Made by a program: the position numbers and the translations under genes. Positions 10,198 through 18,041 of a DNA stretch of 42,269 nucleotides are shown here, one piece after another. This DNA comes from Patescibacteria group bacterium (lineage in GTDB: Bacteria > Patescibacteriota > Minisyncoccia > 2-02-FULL-40-12 > GWA2-44-9), in contig JBBTRD010000013.1 in the NCBI GenBank assembly GCA_038065335.1, positions 1 through 42,269 of the forward strand, read 5' to 3'. How positions within the stretch are numbered: the first letter of the stretch is position 1; the number at the start of each line of letters is the position of its first letter. The notes beneath the pieces are model-generated. The model made no database searches. It was not told where the DNA came from and was given only the letters and a program-made list of their open reading frames with translations.

Positions 10198-11249
10198 AGT
10201 CCTGAATCGGATTCAATATTCGTCGAAACGCCAAGATGACGAGTGGTGCTATTGTAGTGGTCAAGAATGATTCGTTCAAATGAATGGGGATGAAATTCGA
10301 GTTCAGTGTTTGTGTAAACGACTCGGCCACCCGAAGCATGAGTGGTGGGGTTATTGGTAATTCTTTTTTGTTGATACTGACGGGCCCAATTTTCAAGTGA
10401 GTCGCCGATTCTTCCTTGACCAATAAATTCAACTACTCGCGCCACACCTTTCAAAAATACGCTTGGCCGAACCGCCCGTCGAATCGTCTGTTGATGAGGC
10501 GTAAAATTATATACATATTTATTTATCCATAAATTTTCGACGAAGAACTTTCCTACTAAAGTCGAGTTAATCGCCATTGGCACCAGACGAGCATAAGTTT
10601 GGGCGTTGTACAGACTCTCGTGTTTTATCCTCAATGCATCAGTTGTGAGATAGTGATTAAAACAAAACTTATCCGGCGCAATGGTTTCATATCGCGTTCG
10701 TCGCGCGCCAATCAACAACGCCATCCCCGATAAAAACAACCGCGCCAGATACAATCGGCTGGGCTTAACCAAAACCAAAATATCAAAATCGCTTTCCGAA
10801 CTAGCCGTACCCAACGCCAACGAACCCGACACAAACATCCCTCGAATCCACGGCGCCATTTGAAGCCAGTAGGCTCGCCGCAAACAAAGTCGCCATTTTT
10901 GGGCCGAAATTTTTTCTCGCGCCAGACGCAAAGCCGACAATCCGCTCCGGCCCCGCAAATAATAAAATCCATTTTCTTCTTGAATTTGGTTCCGCTCGAG
11001 TAATCCTTCAACCGCTTCATATATATCTTTGAGCGTAATGGCTTCAACCACTTCAATATTCGGTTTGAGTCGTTGCGGGTTTACCAGATACCGATACAAC
11101 TCAAAAGCGCTCAAGGGATAATCAAGCCCGTCATAGTACGCCAGTGTCGCCAATATCGCGTCAGAAATTTGCACAACTGTATAGTAATTATTTGATCCAC
11201 AACAAGCAAGTACCCCATAAATTATTATCGTTATTTTATGTTCATACAA
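10188..11249 (-). CDS. Nucleotidyltransferase (Pol-beta superfamily) domain protein
   Basis: GSLALGTASSESDFDILVLV matches the NTase G[SG]-x(9-13)-DxD signature. The track start is a TTG at 11249; a GTG at 11174 (MQISDAILATLAYYD...) is an alternative start. Confidence 0.6.
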   Translation of the reverse strand: MYEHKITIIIYGVLACCGSNNYYTVVQISDAILATLAYYDGLDYPLSAFELYRYLVNPQRLKPNIEVVEAITLKDIYEAVEGLLERNQIQEENGFYYLRGRSGLSALRLAREKISAQKWRLCLRRAYWLQMAPWIRGMFVSGSLALGTASSESDFDILVLVKPSRLYLARLFLSGMALLIGARRTRYETIAPDKFCFNHYLTTDALRIKHESLYNAQTYARLVPMAINSTLVGKFFVENLWINKYVYNFTPHQQTIRRAVRPSVFLKGVARVVEFIGQGRIGDSLENWARQYQQKRITNNPTTHASGGRVVYTNTELEFHPHSFERIILDHYNSTTRHLGVSTNIESDSGLKK

Positions 11250-11264
11250 AACAAAAATAATACA

Positions 11265-11299
11265 TTTATATTTTAATACGATCGTATTATTTCATAAAG
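11265..11299. promoter_or_regulatory. Palindromic site, copy 1 of 3 (core AATACGATCGTATT at 11275..11288)
   Basis: TTTATATTTTAATACGATCGTATTATTTCATAAAG differs at 3 positions from the identical 34-mers at 27609..27642 and 28203..28237. It lies between the divergent NTase gene and uvrC. Confidence 0.7.
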
Positions 11300-11344
11300 A
11301 CCTTGAGTTTGAAATTGAGTAAAAACTAAAGTTAGGGTATAATA

Positions 11345-12841
11345 TTGTCCTACCAAATGCTCGCTAACCAGCTCCGACAACTTATCGCCAAAACACCGGA
11401 TGCGCCGGGGATTTATTGTTTTCAGAACGAACATAAAAAAGATATCTACATTGGTAAAGCGTCTTCGATCAAGAAGCGATTAGTTTCATATACAAAGACG
11501 ACCGACCCACGGATTCAGAAGATGATTGCCGTGGCCGAACGCTTGACCCACATTAAAACCAACTCGGACATTGAAGCCTTGATATTGGAATCTCAACTTA
11601 TTAAACAACATCGTCCCCAGTTCAATATCATGCTCCGCGATGACAAACAGTATTTCTTCGTGGGTTTTACCGATACAGAATTTCCAAGACTCTTTTTAAC
11701 ACATCAACCCGAGTTGGCTGGCGACCTGCTCTTTGGCCCAGTAGCGGAGGGGGACCCGCGAAGCAGGGGAACCGACGGGACTGGTTCCCCGGGTCTGGGC
11801 AAAAGAGCACGGTCGCCAGCCAACTACATTGGGCCATTTACAGATGGGGCTGCATTGAAAACAACTTTGAAATTTTTGCGTAATATTTTTCCTTATTGCA
11901 CTTGTACCCAGAAGCACCACAATTTTTGTTTGAATTATCACTTAAACAAATGTATTGGTTTTTGTTGTATCAAAAACCCGGAATTACGGATTACGGATTA
12001 CGGATTAAAAAAAGTGAAAAAACAATATAACCAAAACACAAATGCTATTAAAGATATTTTGAGTGGTCACCATTCTTCGGTGATTAAAGAACTGAAAAAA
12101 GAAATGACCGCGACCGGTAAAAAACATGACTTCGATAACGCAATCGAATTACGATCCAAGCTCGAGCGTCTGAAGCGAGTTTTCCACAATGCTCAAATTA
12201 TTAAACATTCTGAAATCCTAAAATCATACAATTCTGGCCTGTCCGCGTTATTAAAAACGAAAAAACCAATTATTCATATTGAGGGTTATGACGTTTCCAA
12301 TATTCAAGGCGCCCACGCCACTGGCGCGATGGTCACGTTCGTTAACGGCCTCCCCGACAAAAATTTCTACCGCAAATTTAATACCCAATACAACAAGCCT
12401 AAAAATAATAAAGATGATAAAAACAAACTATTGCTAAATTCTTACGATCGTAAGAATTTAGCAAACAGCGCGAATGACACCGCCATGCTTGCCCAAATCC
12501 TTGAACGTCGCTTTAGGCATCCTGAATGGCCGTTCCCTGATTTGATATTAGTGGATGGCGGCAAGGGCCAAGTCAGTTCCGCGCTCACCGTTCTTAAAGA
12601 AATGAATATCTCTATTCCCGTAATCGGCCTCTCTAAAAACAAAAAACACATGGGTCATCAACTAATAATCCCCGGGCGCAAACAACCCCTCTCGCTCACC
12701 AAACTTAGTATCACCGATAAAAACTTACTGCTAACCATTGGCGCCGAAGCTCACCGTTTCGCCATAAGCTATTATCGAAAGCTTCACCGGTTGAATCTTT
12801 CTACTCAAAATGATATCATTAAAAACACTGGAAATGCTTAG
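11345..12841 (+). CDS. uvrC: Excinuclease ABC subunit C, short form without the C-terminal (HhH)2 domain, carrying an in-frame repeat insertion
   Basis: GIY-YIG motifs (PGIYCF...IYIGKA), a Cys-rich segment and the endonuclease-domain motifs IEGYDVSNIQG and LILVDGGKGQ. The protein ends shortly after AEAHRFAISYYRKLHR. The track start is TTG 11345; the first ATG is at 11357. Confidence 0.85.
   Translation: MSYQMLANQLRQLIAKTPDAPGIYCFQNEHKKDIYIGKASSIKKRLVSYTKTTDPRIQKMIAVAERLTHIKTNSDIEALILESQLIKQHRPQFNIMLRDDKQYFFVGFTDTEFPRLFLTHQPELAGDLLFGPVAEGDPRSRGTDGTGSPGLGKRARSPANYIGPFTDGAALKTTLKFLRNIFPYCTCTQKHHNFCLNYHLNKCIGFCCIKNPELRITDYGLKKVKKQYNQNTNAIKDILSGHHSSVIKELKKEMTATGKKHDFDNAIELRSKLERLKRVFHNAQIIKHSEILKSYNSGLSALLKTKKPIIHIEGYDVSNIQGAHATGAMVTFVNGLPDKNFYRKFNTQYNKPKNNKDDKNKLLLNSYDRKNLANSANDTAMLAQILERRFRHPEWPFPDLILVDGGKGQVSSALTVLKEMNISIPVIGLSKNKKHMGHQLIIPGRKQPLSLTKLSITDKNLLLTIGAEAHRFAISYYRKLHRLNLSTQNDIIKNTGNA
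11713..11824 (-). repeat. GC-rich palindromic element, copy B, inverted relative to A and C and inserted in frame in uvrC
   Basis: Its reverse complement matches the copy A core at most positions by eye. Self-complementary arms GTTGGCTGGCGACCTGCTCTTT / AAAGAGCACGGTCGCCAGCCAAC. It is translated as ...ELAGDLLFGPVAEGDPRSRGTDGTGSPGLGKRARSP... Confidence 0.85.
11983..12007 (+). repeat. Tandem heptamer (ATTACGG) x 3.6 inside uvrC
   Basis: GGAATTACGGATTACGGATTACGGATTAAAA encodes ELRITDYGLKK. Confidence 0.8.
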
Positions 12842-13181
12842 ATTTATCATCAGAATTTTAGGAAATGCGGTGGCGTTATATGTGGCTTTCCTAATAGTCC
12901 CCGGGTTTTTGGTCTCGGGTTCATGGGAGCAGTATTTAATTGCGGGACTAATCTTAGCGCTTCTGAACATGCTTGTCCGACCCGTCCTCAAGGTTATTTC
13001 GTTTCCACTGATTCTTCTGACCCTTGGGCTGTTCACGTTTATCATTAATATATTGATGCTCTGGATACTCGATTACTTAGTATCGTTTGTCGCCATCGAG
13101 AGTCTTATCGCCCTTATCTGGACCACGATTATCGTAAGTATCGTCAATCTATTTTTTTCAATGATCGCTAAAACAGTTTGA
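12810..13181 (+). CDS. Phage holin family IV / DUF360-like small membrane protein
   Basis: 3-4 TM helices with GNAVALYVAFLIVPGF and LLNMLVRPVLKVISFPLILLTLGLFTFIINILML, typical of the family. An alternative ATG at 12834 overlaps the uvrC stop. Confidence 0.6.
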   Translation: MISLKTLEMLRFIIRILGNAVALYVAFLIVPGFLVSGSWEQYLIAGLILALLNMLVRPVLKVISFPLILLTLGLFTFIINILMLWILDYLVSFVAIESLIALIWTTIIVSIVNLFFSMIAKTV

Positions 13182-13183
13182 AT

Positions 13184-13337
13184 TATTAACTGAGTTAACT
13201 TTTGTCCATAGCGAGACGTCTCGCAGGCCCCGAGGCTTGGCGCTCGGCGAGGGGCCGAGAGTCGAGATGACGCCGAGCCGCAGGAGCGAGGCGATTATCG
13301 GTCGAGTCTTGGATGAAAGTTAGCTCAGTTAATACCA
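13184..13337. repeat. ~150-nt foldback element: AT-rich inverted arms around a GC-rich core
   Basis: Arms TTAACTGAGTTAACTTTTGTCCA (13186..13208) and TGGATGAAAGTTAGCTCAGTTAA (13310..13332). The core contains GCGAGACGTCTCGC and several CCGAG/CTCGG stems. No ORF of 60 aa or more. Confidence 0.7.
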
Positions 13338-13340
13338 ACC

Positions 13341-13568
13341 ATGCAAAAACTAATTTACATTTTACCGTATGCGCAGATAGGTCTCGCTCTCTTGTTGGTC
13401 ATCGGGATTTTGCTTCAGCAACGGGGTGCGGGTTTATCATCCACGTTCGGCGGATCTGGCGTCGGCTATAGCACCAAACGGGGCGCGGAAAAGGTTATTT
13501 TCCAAGCCACCATCATTATCGCCGTGCTATTTATAATCGCCTGCGTTCTCGCCGTCCGACTCGGCTAG
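13341..13568 (+). CDS. secG: Preprotein translocase subunit SecG
   Basis: 75 aa with two TM helices joined by the Gly-rich loop LLQQRGAGLSSTFGGSG. Confidence 0.8.
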   Translation: MQKLIYILPYAQIGLALLLVIGILLQQRGAGLSSTFGGSGVGYSTKRGAEKVIFQATIIIAVLFIIACVLAVRLG

Positions 13569-13685
13569 TCACGAAGTAATTTTCAATTTTCAGTTTCCAA
13601 TTTACAATAAATTTTCAATGATTCATTGATTAATTGATTCATTCACTCAAAATTGTAAATTGATAATTGTAAATTTTGCCCGCAA

Positions 13686-15482
13686 ATGCAAAACGATCAA
13701 CATCCTCTCGAAGATTTTTTTGGCCTGAAGCAGAGTTCCCCAACCGAGCTAAAACCCGAATCCCTTAATCACCCTTTGCGCCGACATTATGGCTGGTTGG
13801 ATCAATTGCGCCTTCTACCGAAAGTGCTTTCAAAGCGTGAACGATATTGGATTCTAGTTTTTCTTTTAATTATCGTTGGTAGTATTGTTGTAATTCCATT
13901 CACGGCATATACTCATTTTACAAATCCAGTGGCAAATTATGGCGGTTCATTCAGCGAGGGCATTATTGGCCAGCCAAGACACATCAATCCACTTCTGGCT
14001 CAAACGAACGATCCCGACCGCGATCTGGCGAGTCTGATTTATTCAGGCCTACTTAAGCATAACGAAGCCAGTAAACTTGTCCCCGACCTCGCTAAGTCGT
14101 ATGAGATTTCGAGTGACGGACTGAATTATACAATTTATCTCAAAGAAAATATTCACTGGCATGACGGCCAACCACTTACCGCTGACGATGTTCTTTACAC
14201 TATTCAAACCGCCCAGAACGCTGACTACGGCAGTCCTCAACGAGTGAACTGGCAGGGTGTTACCATCCAGAAAATTAACGACGCCACGGTCATGTTTAAA
14301 CTCAATAACAAGTACGCCCAATTTTTAAACAATCTGACGCTCGGCATTTTACCAAAACATATCTGGAGCACTGTTCAGCCAATTAATTTTGCCTCAACAG
14401 ACTACAATTTAAAACCAATCGGCTCCGGACCGTATGTATTTAACAAGCTTCAAAAAGACGACCTCGGCCAGATACGGTCATATCAACTTATCGCCAATAA
14501 AGATTTTTACGACGACCAGCCCTATATTGACACAATAATTATCAAATTTTATGATTCGGAAGACGATCTGATTACGGCTTACAATAGTAATGAAGTTCAG
14601 AATCTCTCTTCGGTTTCACCGCAAAATCTTAATAAATTAAAATTCAAACAGCGCCTCAATATCACCGAATTAAAAGTACCGCGCTATTTCGCTGTTTTTT
14701 TTAATCAATCTCAAAATCCGATCCTTGCCAGCAAAAACGTCCGCCTCGCTCTCAATTATGCGACCGACAAACAAGCCATTATCGATACCATTGTCGCTGG
14801 CAAAGGTTCAGTTGTTTATTCGCCACTCATCGAAAATGTTTTGGACGTTGACCAAGATTTTGCGAAATACACTTATGACCCAAGCCGAGCTAAAACCATT
14901 TTGGCGGCTGACGGTTGGGTCAGTACTGATAACGCCGGTTTCCTTCTAAAAGGAAGCGGGAAGAATCAAGCCCGCCTAACTATTCATATTACCACTTCAA
15001 CCTTGCCCGAGTTGGTTCGGATTGCTAACATTATCAGAGATCAGTGGAGCAAGGTCGGCGTCGAGATTATTGTCGACACCTTAGCCACGCCCCAACTTCA
15101 ACAGATCATTAAGGATCGAAGCTACCAGTCGCTTTTGTTTGGCGAGATTCTTGACCTTGACCCCGACCCATTCAGTTTCTGGGATTCCTCTCAAACCCAA
15201 AAACTTGGCCTGAATTTAGCCCTTTACAGCAATAAAACAGTCGATAGTCTTCTTGGGGACGCCCGTCAGTCACTCGATCCATCGGAACGAGCCAAGAAGT
15301 ATGATGATTTTCAGAAGATTGTTATCAGTGATGTTCCAGCCGTGTTTCTATATAACCCTTTCTATCTTTATCCCCAGACCACCAATATCCATGGCGCTAA
15401 CACAATTATTATTGCCACGCCGGCTGACCGATTCGCAAATATTGAGAAGTGGTATGTCAACACCAAACGAATTTGGCGCTAA
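13686..15482 (+). CDS. ABC transporter substrate-binding protein, family 5 (peptide/nickel type), membrane anchored
   Basis: 598 aa with an N-terminal TM segment. SYEISSDGLNYTIYLKENIHWHDGQPLTADDVLYT is the typical SBP_bac_5 signature region. Confidence 0.8.
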   Translation: MQNDQHPLEDFFGLKQSSPTELKPESLNHPLRRHYGWLDQLRLLPKVLSKRERYWILVFLLIIVGSIVVIPFTAYTHFTNPVANYGGSFSEGIIGQPRHINPLLAQTNDPDRDLASLIYSGLLKHNEASKLVPDLAKSYEISSDGLNYTIYLKENIHWHDGQPLTADDVLYTIQTAQNADYGSPQRVNWQGVTIQKINDATVMFKLNNKYAQFLNNLTLGILPKHIWSTVQPINFASTDYNLKPIGSGPYVFNKLQKDDLGQIRSYQLIANKDFYDDQPYIDTIIIKFYDSEDDLITAYNSNEVQNLSSVSPQNLNKLKFKQRLNITELKVPRYFAVFFNQSQNPILASKNVRLALNYATDKQAIIDTIVAGKGSVVYSPLIENVLDVDQDFAKYTYDPSRAKTILAADGWVSTDNAGFLLKGSGKNQARLTIHITTSTLPELVRIANIIRDQWSKVGVEIIVDTLATPQLQQIIKDRSYQSLLFGEILDLDPDPFSFWDSSQTQKLGLNLALYSNKTVDSLLGDARQSLDPSERAKKYDDFQKIVISDVPAVFLYNPFYLYPQTTNIHGANTIIIATPADRFANIEKWYVNTKRIWR

Positions 15483-15511
15483 ATATGGCTTTCTGGTGCT
15501 CATATAGCCTA

Positions 15512-15540
15512 TTGCATTTACTACCGGAATAAAGTATAAT
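15512..15540 (+). promoter_or_regulatory. Near-consensus sigma-70 promoter about 145 nt upstream of tRNA-Leu
   Basis: TTGCAT, a 17-nt spacer, then TATAAT. Confidence 0.65.
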
Positions 15541-15690
15541 GGTTGTATTGATGTTTTGTATTATGTGTTGATATAAAACACTTTCTCCTGATAACCTTTC
15601 AGATGTAAATAGACACCCAAGTGCCTTTTCCCTCACATCTACTATTAAGGTATGCTGCGATGGGCAAAATTACGTGGTAAGCAGGTGTGA

Positions 15691-15774
15691 GGGCGAGTGG
15701 CGAAACTGGCAACCGCATACGCTTCAGGTGCGTACGACCGCAAGGTTTTGGGGGTTCAACTCCCCCCTCGCCCA
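15691..15774 (+). tRNA. tRNA-Leu (anticodon CAG), class II, no encoded CCA
   Basis: GGGCGAG acceptor stem, 3-bp D stem, TACGC-TTCAGGT-GCGTA anticodon arm, long variable arm, GGGGG-TTCAACT-CCCCC T arm, then CTCGCCC-A. Confidence 0.9.
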
Positions 15775-15875
15775 CAAAAATAGCTGAATAAATTCTCTAA
15801 CTACTTTATCTTAAAAATTAAATCTAAAAAATAAAATATTTTATATTTTAGATTTGAGATTTTAGATATTCAAGC

Positions 15876-17711
15876 ATGACAGCGGAAGAAACAATAAAAG
15901 ACGATCGTAAATATGCCACCCGCGCGCCTCGTCGTCCGCGTTTTGGCGACCGACACCGTTCAAAGCCGGTCGTTCGCCAGATTAAAGTGCTCCGCCGCGA
16001 CAATGAGGGCAGTGTTGAAGATCACGCCCGCGCCGGTGCCACGGCCGGTCTCAAGATTATTCACTTTGGCGGATTGGGTGAAATCGGAAAAAACAATATG
16101 GTCGCCATTCAGTATAATGATGAAATAATTCTCATCGATGGCGGTCTGGGATTCCCTCGTCAAAATATGCCCGGTATCGATTTTTCAATTCCAAACGTCG
16201 GTTACCTAGCCGGCAAAGAACACATGATTCAGGCTTGGTTCTTTTCCCACGGCCATCTAGACCACATCGGCGCCGTGCCCTTTATTATAAATAAGGTTGG
16301 TGACCCCGATATTTATGCCGCCCCTCTAACCAAAGCGCTTCTCTTGAAACGCATGGAAGAGTTTAAAGACCGCAAACCCCTTGCCATCGAAGAATTCAAA
16401 GCGGGCGATGAGGTTAGCGCCGGCAAATACTTTAAAGTCAAAGCTCACCGCATCAGCCATTCAATTCCCGATGATTTGCTATTTGAAATTAAGACGCCAG
16501 TCGGAACCATTGTTCACACTTATGACTATAAGATGGATCGAGACCCGGTCAATGATCAGCCCGCCAATCTTGAAGAATTAAAAGCCGTCGGCGACAAGGG
16601 CGTGCTCTTGTTTATGGGCGACTCCACCGGCGCCGAGAAAGACGGTCATTCTCTTTCTGAAAGCGCCGTCACTCACGACCTTGAGAAATTAATGTCTGAC
16701 GCCACGGGCTTAACCATCATCGGTTGTTTCGCGTCGGCTCTCAATCGCGTCCAGCAAATCATCACTCTGGCGGAAAAATTGGGCAAGAAAGTCGTCTTCG
16801 ACGGCTATTCCATGAAAAACAATGTTGAAATTGCCAAGCATCTTGGTTATATAAAAATCCAGCGCGGGACCCAAATTTCGCTTGAAGAAGTGGCCAACTG
16901 TCCTCGAGAAAAATTGATCGCGATCGTTACAGGCGCCCAAGGCGAAAGCAATGCCGCCTTAATGCGGATCGCCAATGGCGAACACCGTTTTATTCATCCG
17001 ATTGCCAATGACACTTACATTTTTTCGTCGTCAATCATTCCCGGCAACGAGTCCGAAATTCAATTCGTGAAAGATCAGCTTTATCGCAACGGCTCCAAAG
17101 TCTTCAATTATCAAATGCTCGATGTCCACGCCTCCGGTCACGGCGACAGAGAAGACATCCGGGAACTCCTTAAAATCATCCGTCCTAAATTCTTAATGCC
17201 GGTTCATGGCCAGTACTCGATGATGGTTAATCATGGCCAAATCGCCCAAGAAGAAGGCATCCCCAAAGATAACATCATTATCGCCGATAACGGCAATATC
17301 ACCCACATTGAAGCCGACCGCTGGTGGCTCGACAAAGAACACGCCCCATCCGATCCGGTTTACGTTGACGGTTTGGGTATCGGCGACATTGGCAACGTCG
17401 TTCTGCGTGATCGTCAAATGCTTTCTGAAGACGGGTTCTTGGTTGTTGTCGTCAAAATTGACCGCCAGACGGGCAAAGTCAACGGCAGTCCCGATATTAT
17501 TTCACGCGGTTTTATTTACTTGAAGGACAATAAGGACCTCCTCATGCAAATGCGTAAAAAAGTCCGTTTCATCGTGGACAATAACACTGCCCACGGCAAA
17601 GACATCAACGGCACATACTTAAAAGATGAGCTCCGCAACCAAATCGGTCTCTTTCTCTTCCAAAAAACCGAACGCCGGCCCATGATTCTGCCGGTTTTAA
17701 TCGAGGTGTAA
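15876..17711 (+). CDS. rnj: Ribonuclease J (metallo-beta-lactamase / beta-CASP)
   Basis: 611 aa with GGLGEIGKNNM, HGHLDHIG and the later motif DVHASGHG. It carries a basic N-terminal extension of about 55 aa. Confidence 0.9.
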   Translation: MTAEETIKDDRKYATRAPRRPRFGDRHRSKPVVRQIKVLRRDNEGSVEDHARAGATAGLKIIHFGGLGEIGKNNMVAIQYNDEIILIDGGLGFPRQNMPGIDFSIPNVGYLAGKEHMIQAWFFSHGHLDHIGAVPFIINKVGDPDIYAAPLTKALLLKRMEEFKDRKPLAIEEFKAGDEVSAGKYFKVKAHRISHSIPDDLLFEIKTPVGTIVHTYDYKMDRDPVNDQPANLEELKAVGDKGVLLFMGDSTGAEKDGHSLSESAVTHDLEKLMSDATGLTIIGCFASALNRVQQIITLAEKLGKKVVFDGYSMKNNVEIAKHLGYIKIQRGTQISLEEVANCPREKLIAIVTGAQGESNAALMRIANGEHRFIHPIANDTYIFSSSIIPGNESEIQFVKDQLYRNGSKVFNYQMLDVHASGHGDREDIRELLKIIRPKFLMPVHGQYSMMVNHGQIAQEEGIPKDNIIIADNGNITHIEADRWWLDKEHAPSDPVYVDGLGIGDIGNVVLRDRQMLSEDGFLVVVVKIDRQTGKVNGSPDIISRGFIYLKDNKDLLMQMRKKVRFIVDNNTAHGKDINGTYLKDELRNQIGLFLFQKTERRPMILPVLIEV

Positions 17712-17907
17712 TCGCTCGCCATATCCCCTCCATCACTAACGCTGCGCGGATTACCATCCGGTCGCCTCATTTAACGCAAAAAAGTGAGGCTCGTGTTGTT
17801 TTTCTAACAATCTGCACGATTGGTTAGTATTTCAGGAGTGAATTCGATATTTTCCTGGGCACCGATTCCGAGGATGTCGGGCTTAGGCTTTCCCGAAGGG
17901 AAAACCA

Positions 17908-18003
17908 CATGGCCCGACAGGAGACCTCGGGCGGTCAGAGAAAATGAGAATAAACGACTAGAAATACTCCAAGAGGAAGCTGTTAGAAAAACAGTACGAG
18001 CTG
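17908..18003 (+). repeat. Copy 2 of the ~97-nt dispersed repeat, in the trpS 5' region
   Basis: Aligns to 2..100 with two small indels, one of them inside the loop of the GCCCGA/TCGGGC hairpin. It ends about 40 nt before the trpS ATG. Confidence 0.7.
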
Positions 18004-18041
18004 AACTTGTTAAATATAAAATAAAACGATAAGATAATGTC

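Noticed and set aside
17820-18032. The 70-aa ORF as an annotated CDS
   Set aside because: There is no recognisable family and no clear SD, and the homologous copy at 2..100 has the frame broken by stops and indels. I kept it as a finding (repeat of unknown nature) rather than a feature call.
17800-18041. T-box riboswitch upstream of trpS
   Set aside because: An aminoacyl-tRNA synthetase with a long structured leader invites this call. However, I cannot find the conserved T-box sequence (AAnnnGGGTGGTACCGCG-like), a terminator/antiterminator pair or a convincing Stem I with a UGG specifier. CCTGGGCACCG is only a faint resemblance. The second copy of the repeat is not upstream of a gene within the window.
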